The position numbers and the translations under genes were made by a program. The notes under the pieces were generated by a model that did not search any database, had not been told where the DNA came from, and worked only from the letters and a program-made list of their open reading frames with translations. This document shows, piece after piece, positions 1 to 12,300 of a stretch of DNA of 64,000 bases (its first letter is position 1; each line of letters opens with the position of its first letter). Where the stretch lies: positions 98,642,001-98,706,000 of the forward strand of contig OX597819.1 in the NCBI GenBank assembly GCA_951406725.2. The letters are read 5' to 3'. Source of the DNA: Octopus vulgaris. Lineage: Eukaryota.

Positions 1-100
1 GTGAGGTTTGACTGCTGTTTGTAGTATATCTAGCAACCAAGTAAATACTCCATCAACTCAAATTAGCTTTACAATCTATCATTCATTAACAATATTATAT

Positions 101-318
101 CATATTACATTGCATTACATTACATTACATTATATTGTCATGTCATGTCATGTCATGTCATGTCATGTCACGTCACGTCACGTCACGTCACGTCACGTCA
201 CGTCACGTCACGTCACGTCACGTCACGTCACGTCACGTCACGTCACGTCACGCCACGTCACGTCACGTCACGTCACGTCGTGTCGTGTCATGTCGTGTCA
301 TATTATATTATATTATTA
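101..318. repeat. Compound pentanucleotide microsatellite (CATTA)n-(TGTCA)n-(CGTCA)n-(TGTCG)n-(TATTA)n
   Basis: Directly visible. Confidence 0.95.
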
Positions 319-321
319 TAA

Positions 322-550
322 AGGCGGCGAGCTGGTAGAAACGTCAGCACGCGGGGCGAAATGCGTAGCCGTATTTCGTCTGCCGTTACGTTCTGAGTTC
401 AAATTCCGCCGAGGTCGACTTTGCCTTTCATCCTTTCGGGTTCGATAAATTAAGTACAAGTTACGCACTGGGGTCGATGTAATCGACTCAATTCCTTTGT
501 CTGTCCTTGTTTGTTCCCTCTATGTTTAGCCCCTTGTGACAATAAAGAAT
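322..550 (+). mobile_element. tRNA-derived SINE, family A, full length
   Basis: GGCGGCGAGCTGG head, GAGTTCAAATTCC B-box, GTCGACTTTGCCTTTCATCCTTTCGGG core; more than 12 related copies in the window. Confidence 0.9.
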
Positions 551-1134
551 AAAATATTTTATTATATTCTCGATGTAGGCGTCATGTATTGAACCTGTCA
601 CCAAGTGTTAACAACATAGGAACTGTACGACCACCTTTACTCTTGTGTCTCTTCTTGATTTGGTTGATAACATTTCTCTGTCTTTCAAAAGGTATCAAGA
701 CATCTGGTAAGGTAAGTCGCCGATTCTGAAGATTTTAGAAAATTTTGAACTGTATGTTTATGATTCTAAAGTTAGAGAACTTTCTAATAAGGATAGCCAC
801 TAGAATCGATGTAGTTGTGATATATTGAATGCAATTTATATATGAAGGTAGTCACTAGGATAGTGATGGTTAGTAAGAATAGTCACTAGTATTGGTGGGT
901 TAGTGATGTGGGAAGAGACACTACATTTTCTGTAAGAAATTAGTAAAAAGCAGAAATGTAGCTGAAATTTTCAAAGGCCTCCAAAACTGATGGAAAGAAA
1001 GGAATATATTTCCAAATCCCAAGCATAGATAAAATAAGTGTTACACAGAGTGGCGTTAATTAGTCACCTAAATGCCAGCTGGTGGTCATCAAACATTAGT
1101 AGTGTATTAAGTTTAACATATAAGGCGGCGAGCC

Positions 1135-2637
1135 TTAGGATTTCTTGGTTTTCTCCGAGTCGATATTGATAAAACTTTTCCTAGCTGATTTTCACACCAT
1201 GGTAAAGCCATTGTTATGTTTTCATTATTCCGTGTAACGGCCTTCCTTTTTTATTTCAGATTTTTCAGTTTTTGGGTGAGCCACGCTGATTGTGTCTCTC
1301 TTCTCTAAGAACAATGGGATGTGGAAAAGGCCTTAATGATGAAGAAAAGTCTGTCATCATCAAAGAAAGTGCTAAAAGGACCTCTCTTCATGTCATCATG
1401 TCATTGAAGAGAAGACAGGTCGTCATGTGAACATGGTTAGACGACTCCTGAAGGACTCTTCGCAAAGAAAGAGATGATTCGATTGTGGAGCCTCCAAGAC
1501 TATGACAACTAGTGATTTAAGGAATATTGGCCTCAAGCTACGTGAGAAACCTGGACAAACAAGCAAAGACATTTTTACCACCTCAGGCCTTCCCCGTGCA
1601 CTGAAACCCATCAGAAATCGCTTCCTCGGGACCATGGCTTCCGTGTGAGAAACCCAGAGACAGCCTTCTTTAACCCTAACCCCGTCATAGGAGTTTGAGG
1701 CTTCAATGGGCCCAAAAGTACATGACGTTAGATATGATTTGTGTTCTGTTCACTGACGAAACCAGAGTGACCCTTGACGGACTCAACGGTCGGGCAAATA
1801 GCTGGCTCTATTTTAGAGATGAGCGTCACCAACGTTTACGACGTCAACAACAGGCTAGAGGAGTCATGTTATCGGTTGGTATCAGTGGGAACAGACTTGT
1901 TGGCTCAGTCAGAGTGCCTGAAGAGGTTAAAGTGATAGCAGCCGCCGACTACAATCTCCTGAAAGAGGTCTTGGATCCCTGGCTAAATGATATACCGCTA
2001 TCACTTCTAATGAATCTTGTATGCATGCATGACAACGCTCCCTACATCTCTGCTAGGACCACCCAAACATTACTTGGGTCCTACGGCATGGTGTGATGGT
2101 GTGGCCGCCAGCATCTCCGGAACTCAACCCTATCGAAAATGTTTGGTCCATTGTTGAAGAAGATGTTTATGCCGATGGAAGCCAATTTACGTCGAAACCT
2201 GTCTTATAGTCGACCATCAAAACTGCAGCAGAGACAGTTCAACCTGCTACTATCAAGAAATTAACAGATTCTATGACTAATAGGGTTTTTGAAGTTATCC
2301 GTCGAAATGGCGGTCATGCAGCTAATTAATTCATTATGTCCATAAATGTTATAATGGTTTCTGTAAAATATTATAATGGTTTTCTGTTAAATATATACTC
2401 AATATATGCTTAATATGTATCATTACCTATCATTTTCTGGAAAAAAAAAATGTCTAGACGGGCTATTTTCATTTAAAAGCTATTTGCGTGGTTCACCCAA
2501 AAACTGAAGAATATGAAATAAAAAAGAAAGGCTGTTACACAAAATAATGGAAACATAACAACTGTGTTGCCATTGTGTGCAAACCAGCTGGGAAAAGTTT
2601 TATCAAAATCGATTCACAGAAAGCGGAGAAATCCTAA
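1135..2637 (+). mobile_element. Degenerate Tc1-like DNA transposon (probably DD37E/TRT type) with long imperfect TIRs
   Basis: FTDETR, RRQQ..GVM, HDNAP and WPPASPELNPIEN motifs (1695-2140, broken frame). ~150-bp inverted repeats at 1135-1286 and 2486-2637. Confidence 0.85.
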
Positions 2638-2669
2638 ATTTCACTCCTAAGCTATTAGCGTGGTTTTGG

Positions 2670-2717
<48 letters not shown>

Positions 2718-2719
<2 letters not shown>

Positions 2720-2890
2720 TCTTTTACTTGTTTCAGTCATTTGACTGTGCCCATGCTGGAGCACCGCCTTTAGTCGAGCAAATCGACCCCAGGACTTATT
2801 GTTTGTAAGCCTAGTACTTATGCTATCGGTGTCTTTTGCCGAACCGCTAAGTTACGGGGACGTAAACACACCAGCATCGGTTGTCAAACA
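2718..2890 (-). mobile_element. SINE family B, 3' portion
   Basis: Reverse complement of the 3' half of the 26123-26525 element. Confidence 0.85.
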
Positions 2891-3021
2891 GATGTATTAG
2901 TATAACGCTCGGGAAGTGAAAAAGTTTAACGTTTCGAGCCTACTCTCTTCCACAGAAAGGAACACAGAAAGAAACAAGGAGAGAAAATAAAGAATGTGTA
3001 GTGGCTAGCGATCTATCATAA

Positions 3022-3052
<31 letters not shown>

Positions 3053-3110
3053 CACGTATGTATGTATGTATGTATGTATGTACACACACGCGCACGCACA
3101 CACACATACA

Positions 3111-3163
<53 letters not shown>

Positions 3164-3224
3164 GTGTATGTGTGTGTTTAAGTATATTCAGTTTATTTAC
3201 CTGCAGTCTTGTATCTATGCACAG

Positions 3225-3359
3225 ATTGTATACGTTGCTGCCAGCTTGCCCTATATTTTCCTTTCCGTGCTGTTGATAAGAGGTTTAACCTTGCCTGGAT
3301 CATTGGATGGACTATATTACTTCGTCAAGCCAGAATGGGAAAAAGTAACAGACCTCTCA
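3225..3359 (+). CDS. SLC6 exon (TM5): [45 protein letters not shown]
   Basis: acag| acceptor, |gtaagt donor, 135 nt, phase 0/0; SLC6 TM5 motif. Confidence 0.95.
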
Positions 3360-6300
3360 GTAAGTAGAATTGTCTTTTTATTCCGTCTCAAGGAACTTAC
3401 ATGTTTATTAAATGGTTGCTGTGTAATATCAGAAATAACAGTCAAATTACCCTCATATCTCACCCAGACTCCACTAAAAAGAACGGATACAGCAGTTTTA
3501 TTCCAGACATCGTATGTCTGAAAATATAACGGGATGGCCATGACTCGAACGTCTTTACCCATTAATCTGCTGAATCATGGCTGACCTAGTGTTAAACATC
3601 AACACATTCAGTTTCCATTTTGAACTGCCACATTCAGTTTCTATTTTGTCTGTAGGTGAGTTAATAATTAACGTTTAGGTGTAAAGGTAAGTTGCATTCT
3701 GCCTAATTTCGCACAGCGTCAGCAATGTTAGGAGTTAGAGACAAATCGATTACATCAACCCCACTTATTGACTGGTACTTTATTTTATCAATCCCAAAGC
3801 AATGAAAAGCAAAGCTAGAATTTGAACTCAGAACGTAAATGAACGGAATAAATGCCGTGAAACATTTCATCCGGCATGCTAAAAATCCTGCCAGTTCGCC
3901 GCCTACACAACTGTAGCAGTTTCTGAAGAGGATAAGGAAGTCGATTACAGTACTTGACTGGCACTTATGATATCGGACCCGAAAGGATGAACAGCAGAAT
4001 CAACCTCGGTGGAATACAATTGTAAGAAGACCGTAGTAAATTTATGATATGAAAATGGACTAAACTGTTACAGCCATTGTTTCGCTTCCAGATTTGAGCC
4101 GTTTCACGTAACGTGTTGATTTCTATCAAGTTGATACAGCAGGCATCTCTCGCAATAAGCAAAACTACTGACCAACTTGTCTATCTATTTGTTTAGCTCC
4201 AGGTTAACGCTGCCTTATAGGAACTGTTGTTAAATGTATTATTATGAACTTCATGACTAATAACAAATGACTTTAATCGTCAGAGACTGAGCACAATGAG
4301 AGTTATAATGGATAGAGTTATAATGGAGTAGGCAGAGTAGTGGGGGTAGGAAGGTAAACGTTATGACGTTCATGTATTCTTTAGGGACATTTGTAGAAGT
4401 ATTTTCGTCATGACTTTACTATATTTCTTCAAGTATTCTGTATCTCTCGCTTCATTATCCTACGCGTCATTATCTAAGACGTTACAGTGTGAACTAAAGG
4501 TAATTTCGGTGCTGCTCTTAGCAGGTCGGACAACTAGTTAAGGACCTTTTCGTTGTCCCAGTATTTAGCAAATACCTGGGTTTTTTTCGTCATTGAATAT
4601 AGCCAGTTGACAATGCCGGACTATTGTCGAGAGGAATGTTTCGGTATTCGGTCAAGTCACATTTCCTCGCTTTACAAATGTCCTTAGACAACGTATAGAC
4701 ATCATTCCTCCTCCCTTCCTTTTACCTTTCCTTCCTCTCCTCCATTTTTTCCTTTCCACTCCTCCATTTTTTCCTTTCCTCTCCTCTCCCCTCTCCTAGC
4801 CGCCTTTTACCTCACCTTCTTCCTTCTGATATTGTTGCTATCGTTGCGTTACGTTGCAGTGATTCGTCTGAATTTATGACTTGTCACAAAACTAATATTG
4901 TCTGAATTTATGATTGTCATGAAGCTAAAAACTTTCGTAAATTATCATTCATTAACAGATTGATGATTCGTATTTCATATTCAGCATTACACTTTTTCAA
5001 TTACCAAGACATATGGCACGTGATCTTCCCTGGTTTGGTCAATCTAAATGTAAATATTAGAAGTCCCTCATGGTCGTTCAAACGGTCTGAAATAGCAGTT
5101 AAATCTACCTCAAATCCAAGCCGATTGTTGTTTGAAAAAAGGAAGAAAACACAAGAAAATCATTGCTCATAAACTGCTAAATCAATGTTGCTCCGTAGCT
5201 AAACAGCAGCAATAACAGTAACAACAGCAAGAAGCACATCAAGAAAGTACAGTAAACTGCAACATGAGTAAAAACTCTGGACATTTATTAAGTGCGTTTA
5301 TAGTTCTGCTTCTATCTCTCCTAGGAGTCTGGAAGAAGGACACTGCACGTTAGTCAAGTTCTCAGCATGTTAATCAGTTTTCTATTGTTATCATACTTCG
5401 TCAGCATTTGATTCAAACTTTGGGCTTGCCGCTCCAGCAGATATTTTAATTAACAATGATAATAGCAATGCAGGAATTATCTTCTATAATAATACTCCTG
5501 TGTTTTTCTCCGTCACAACATATGAATGTGAAAGGAAGGGGCGATGGCAAGTTGGTAGTGGGAGCGTTTCAACTCTGTGTGAGTATGTGTGTGTCTATGT
5601 AAAAGGGAGTGTATGTTTGTTTGTTTGTTTGTTTGTTTGTTTGTTTGTGTGTGTGTTTGTTTGTTTGTGTGTGGAAGTGGGATGGTGAACATTCAACGCT
5701 GAAAAGAAAAATCAAACAGTGCTTCAACTCTGTGTGAGTATATGTGTATATGTGTGTATGTGTGTGAGTGTACAAGGGAAGTGTGTGAATATTTGTATGT
5801 ATGAAACAGCGTTCTTTCAGTAACAAGCGAGGATCGATGTCACATCTCAAAAGACAACCACTAGATAATATTGACAAGTATATTAATTTGATTTACCATC
5901 CATACTTGTAAATAACATGCTACAATTAGCTATCATTTTTGACGGCACGACGTCAGCTAGTTTATTATAAAGGATGGCAGTGGTTGTAACAGAAACGTGA
6001 GCGGCAGAAAAAATATCACTCAGTATTTTAAATATTGTAATTCGTGTCCTGTGGAGGCACATGACCTAGTGGTTAGAGCAGCGGACTCGTGGTCGAGGGA
6101 TCGCGGGTTCGAATCTCAGACCGGGCGATGTGTGTGTTTATGAGCGAAACATCTAGCTCCACGCGGCTCCGGTAGAAGGTAATGGCGAACTTCTGCTGAC
6201 TCTTTCGCTACAACTTTCTCTCACTCTTTCCTCCTGCATCTTGCAGCTCACTTGCGATGGACCAGTGTTCCGTCCAGGTGGGGAATCTATACGCCAAGGA

Positions 6301-9300
6301 AACCGGGAAACCGGCCCTAATGAGCCAGGCGTGGCTCGAGAAGGAACAAACAACTTCGTGTTCTAAGTTGATATAACTCTTGAGTGGATTTTGTCCTTCA
6401 TTCTTCCGGAGTCAGTAAATTTTATTTCCTATTTGCTTTTATCTAGAAATCAAAGGAAATAACTACTATTCCTCTCCAAACTATGATCTTGTAACCTGGA
6501 GATCAATGTTTTGAAACTAACCTATTTTCCATTACATTTCAGACTCAGAGCCGAGTTGCTGAAACAGAAATATCGTTATAGCAAATATTCTGCTCAATAC
6601 CACAGATTTGCTTATCAGCTGCTTGACCATAACCATTTGAGCATGTCCCTTACTGGCTGACAGTATGTGCATCTCTGATCATGAATAGGGGTAGTGGGGG
6701 AGAATCCTAGCCGTGTGTTGAGAGGGATTCTTTGGGGTTTTTTGAATAAATGTAACAAAAGCAAACTTAGAAGGAAATATTAGCCGTTTCTCATACTTTC
6801 TAGGGTTAAGCAAATAGGAAATAACAGTTGCTATCCAAGGATAAAAATCGCGTTAGGCAGTGTAATTATAATGGAATACTAATTTGGTTTTTCAAGGTAT
6901 GGAAGAACGCAGCTGTACAAATATTTTTATCCATTGGAATCGGTACGAGTGCATTAGCAACATTATCAAGTTACAACGACTTCCATAACAACTGTCAGAG
7001 GTAATACGTTCTCTTACTGTCATTATTTGTGAGTTAGCTGTGGCCAGTTTTTAGGAAGTAGAAATTTTAAGCAAGCATTCTTCCATTTTGTGATTAATAA
7101 TTTAAAGGAAAAGAGAAGCAACGTTCAATAATGTCTGACTCTATGAATTAAAAGAAACCCATATTAGTTCGATCGTGAAGGGTTGGGGAACATAAAATCT
7201 TCAGTCGAGATCTGAAGATTGTGTGCTCCAGGTAGAACATACTTCCACTTATATTAGGGCCAAAATGTTCATTCTATTATTCAGTAGTTTATCACATAGC
7301 ATACAATGTGACAGTCTATGTTGCATTTGCATTGTCCAATGCTTTTAATTTGTGTAAGATTTTGTGGCAGTAACATTCTGGATTGATTTCAAGCATTCTT
7401 GACGAAAGTTCGCCTTGTTGTTAAAGTAAATAGCTTTTACCCTCTCGATTGCAACAAGTCTTGAATTAAAGATAGATTTAGATTGATTACCTTTCGGTAC
7501 CCAGCTGTAGCTATCTTACTACTAGGTGGAGTGGACAGCTGACAATTAATTGTCTTGGCTTTGGACACAGTATACAATGTAGAACATAGAAACAGGTGGG
7601 TGACCTGTACAGTTTTAAAGTTAATTATCTGGGCTAAAAATATAGCATTATGGTATATACATATATATAGCAAGAGTCCGATCTACCTTTAAGTAACTGG
7701 ACAGTTGATATTAGTTATGAATGAGGTACAGAGAGCTGTTATACTACAACCAACAGTCCTCCAAGCTACGTAAAGTTGGGTGGACAGTTGACTGTTAAAG
7801 AACATCCACAGTACCATGAAATATACTATACTGTGGTACCTACGTACATCAGGGTGAGATATTAGTTTCAAACTTTGGTACAAGGTCAGCAATTTCGAAG
7901 GAGGGGTGAGTCGATTACACCGACCCCAGTACTTAACTGGTACTTATTTTATCGACTCTGAAAGGATGAAAGGCAAAGTCAACCTCAGCGGAATAGGTAC
8001 TCAGAACGAATAGAAAGAGGAAATGCCGCTAAGCATTTTTTTCGGCGTGATAACGATTCTGCCAGTTCGCCGCCTTTTAAAAGGTGGTCGGCAAGCCGCT
8101 ACACAGAATCGAACACTGTACTTCTCAGAGCTGAGCACTCTGTAACACTAAGCGCAGCAGCCTCAGACATTAAAATAAGATATTATCTATTAACTTCGTA
8201 ATGGGCATAATGCAATAAATTATACCAATCCGTGAGATATAACAATGACAGCTAGGTGAACTAGAACAATGACAATCAACTGTCAATAGTAAATACAGAA
8301 CAAAGGAAATATGCTATACTGTGTTACCTACATGTTACTATGTGTCAATACCATAAACAGAATACAGTACAGCAAACTACAATACGGTGACAATTATGCA
8401 CAACTGTGTGGCGTGGACTATTGACAGTCAAATGTTAACGTCATAAACAGTGTAGATAGCATTCATTGAACGATAGGATATTCAACTGATTGTGCACTGC
8501 AACATATTGAAGATAAAAAAAATTGATATCATCAATCTCAGTAATAATATTTCTTGAAGTATTTTTTATCCCTCATTTTATATGCTGTCTCCGGACTTAT
8601 TAAAATAAATTCCATTTTGTAAATTATGATTTATTTCTATTCGTTACAGAGATGCCATCATTTTACCAATAATAGACGGATTAACCAGCTTTTTGTCCGG
8701 TTTGACATCGTTTAGTATCCTGGGTTACATGGCTCATATTAGTGGAACACATATTGACAATGTGATATCGAAAGGTACATTAAATATGCTATATCTAAAA
8801 TTATCAATGTTATTGATATAATTATTCTAATATACCTTAGAGTGACGAGCTGACAGAATCGTTAGCAGACCGGGCAAAATGTTTTGCAGTATTTCGTCTG
8901 TCTTCATGTTCTGAGTTCAAATTTCGCCGATATCGAGTTTACCTTTCATCCTTTCGGGGTCGATAAATTAAATGCTAAGGGAAACGCTGGGGTGGATGTA
9001 ATCGACTAGTCACCTCCACCAAAATTTCAGGCCTTGTGCCTATAGCAGAAAGGAATATTGATATACTTATCTTCAGATACCTTACGGTGGCGAGTTGGCA
9101 GAATCATTTGGACGTCAGGCAAAATGTTTAGCGGCATTTCCTCCATCTGAGTTCAAATGCCGGCGGGATCGACTTTACCTTTCCTTCTTTTGGAGTCGAT
9201 AAAATGAACACCAGCTGAGAACTGGGGATCGATGTAATACTAACCTTGAGCCAAAAATTTGTAACCAGTATCTTAAGATAACTTAACCGTGTTATGGTTA

Positions 9301-12300
9301 ATATGACATTGTTATTGTACAAAATCAACATTTCATCAACCCAACAATTATTTTTTGTATTTTGCCAGGTCCAGGGATTGTCTTTATAGTTTACCCACAA
9401 GCACTTTCAACTTTACCTTTTGCTCAGATCTGGGCAGTAATTTTTTTTGCAATGTTGGTGTTGATTGGCTTAGACAGTCAAGTACGTATTTTGTTGTTAT
9501 TGTTGTTTTTGTTGCTGTTGTTGTTGTTGTTTTATTGCTGTTGTCTTCTTCTTTTTCTTCCAATGAGGACTCACACCGTTAGCCACAAAGAATAATCTCT
9601 GATTCGAGCCTACTCTAAGCTACTAAGAATGCGTGTGGAAACTTGAAGATCCACCGACCACACGCGATAGACTGGCGGTTGCACGGGCCCGAAAGCTACG
9701 TTGTTATCCACATTCCGTAAACGGTAGCTTTTAACGGGTGGAGAGCTGAACCATCCTGGGGTACAGAGGATTCGCAATCTAGACTAGGGTCTGAAAGTTT
9801 AACACACCATAGTGGATTACACCATGGTTCCTCTGCTTTGTGGGAGAAAGAATGAGAGAAAGTTGTGGTGAAAGACTACAGCGGGGTTCACTCCCACCAC
9901 CGTCGGAGTCTCCTGGAGCTTAGGTGTTTTTGCTCAATAAACACTCACAATGCTCGGTCTAGGAATCGAAACCGCGTTCTTACGACCGCGAGTCCGCTGC
10001 CCTAACCACTGGGACATTGCGCCTCTATTATTGCTGTTGTTGCCGTTATTGTTGATATGGTTGCTGCACTTATTGTTGTTGCTGTTGCTACAGTAGAAGT
10101 CTGAGATTTCGTAGATAAATAACTGTTTGTGAACAGTCCGAACGCAGGCTTTTACGAGGGGCGTTCAATAAGTAATGACCCTAACCCACTTGCAATTGTT
10201 TGATCTAGCTGAAATTTTGCACGTGCACTTATTTATACCTTCTATAGATTAAGTGGCGAATTACAGCTCTGAACTAATTGTTGTTTCTGATTTACAGGTG
10301 TTTGAACTGAGTCAAGTGTGAAATGGAGCCTGTTGAGTGTCGAGCAGTGATCTGGTTTTTGTATTTGAAAGGACGCACACCACAGGAGACTTTTTATGAA
10401 ATGAAAGTAACTTATGGTGATGATGCCCCATCATATGACCTTGTAAAACGCTGGCATTGTGAATTCAAACATAGTCGGAACTCTGTGGAAACAGCTCCCA
10501 GATCTGGTCGCCCCTTCTGCCGTTGATGAGACGTCTGTCCGTCAAGTTGAGGCTGCCATTTTGGAAGGTCAACGCATAACTATTCGCCAAATAGCCCATA
10601 AGGTCAAGATTAATACCGGGTCTGTGGAAACTATCAGTCATGACCATTTGCTTATGCAAAAGGTGTCTGCCAGATGGATTTCCAGGTTGCTCACACCTTT
10701 CCAGAAGCAAGAACGCGTTGAGTGCTCGAGGATGAATTTGGAGATGTGCCAAGAAGATGAGTCAAAATTTTTCAAAAGACTGATCACACAGGATAAAACC
10801 TAGGTCCATCACTATGATCCATAGACCAAAGCCCAGTCAATGCAGTGGAAGCACCGTGACTCACCTCCTCCAAAGAAGGCAAGGGTGCAGCCCTCCGCTG
10901 ACAAGGTTATGCTCACAGTCTTCTGGGACCAGGACGGAGTAGTGATGACAGATTTCCTGGCAAAGGGTACCACAATTACAGGAGCCTATTATGCTTCACT
11001 TTTGAGGAAATTAAGAGAAGCTATCAAAATCAAGAGGCGGGGCAAGATCAGCAAAGGCATCTTCCTCCTGCAGGACAACGCTCCGGTCCACAACTCGCGT
11101 GTCGCCAGATCAGAAGCACAGGCGTGCAGCTATGAACTCCTCCCCTTGCACCCTCTGATTTTCACCTCTTCCCAGCCATCAAGTTGATTTTGAAAGGAAA
11201 GCGTTTCCCAGATGATGCAGCCTTGATTTCTGAAGTCACGTCGTGGTTGGAGGACCAAGCTGGGGTCTTCTACAAAAACGGTCTCCAGAGCTGTATCAAA
11301 CGATGGGAGAAATGCATAACTCTGGGTAGTTTCTATGTAGGAAAAGACTAATAACTGTGCCAAGTGTCGTTGCTCTACTGCTACGGGAAGTGGGTCAGGG
11401 GCATTACTTATTGAACGCCCCTCGTATTCCCTTTTAAAATCCCTTTATTTCCATCGCTTCCAGTTTTTCCTTCCATTATACTCTTCACATCTCTAAATTT
11501 CAGAGATGAAGGTGTGCAATAGTGTATCAAAATCTCAAAGAGTCACTATGTATTCATTATTTGGATTTGCTCTCAGCCATTATCAAACTGGGATCTAAGG
11601 ATTAAAAAAAAAAACATAACTATAATTTATTTTCATTTAAAACTCCCCGAAAGTGGAATGTTCTCTTCAATGTTCTTTTATTCTTTTATTCATTTATTTG
11701 TTTCAGTCATTTAACTGCGGCCATGCCAGAGCACCGCCTTCAGGGGTTTTTAGTCGAACAAACCGACCCCAGTCTTTCTTCTATCGGTCTCTTTTGCTCT
11801 ACCTGGGGTTGTTTTGATCGACTAAACAGTTCAAGGCGCTGCTCCAGCATGGCTGGAGTCCAATGACTGAAACAAGTAAAAGATTAAAGATAAATTTGAA
11901 ATTAACCGATTGTTTGATTATTTGATTTTGTGGTTGTTGTTTAGCTCCAAGCCAGATATAATGTGGTAAACTTAAGAGAAAAGGCCTACATGTGGCCATC
12001 CTGTCTTTCGTATTTAGACATAGCATATATAAGTAAATGTCACAGATCGATCTAACTAAATATAGATTTCTTTAAATCTATAATACAAATTCTTCAAAAT
12101 GTCAATTGTTTTCTCTTTCAGTTTGGTCATATTCAAGTGATTGTTACTGCTATTACAGATGTGTATCCAGAAAAATTTGGCAGCAATCACAAGACTTTGT
12201 TAACCGGAATTGTCTGTTTAGTTTGTTTTCTTTTTGGAATCGTTTTAATTACGGAGGTAAGAGACTTCAATAGGGTTATCAAGGGAGGTAACTCGATTAC

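Noticed and set aside
8-448. 146-aa ORF with SRHVT repeats
   Set aside because: Translation of a pentanucleotide microsatellite running into a SINE
3030-3521. 163-aa ORF as a standalone gene
   Set aside because: Only 3225-3359 is a real SLC6 exon; the rest is microsatellite and intron read-through
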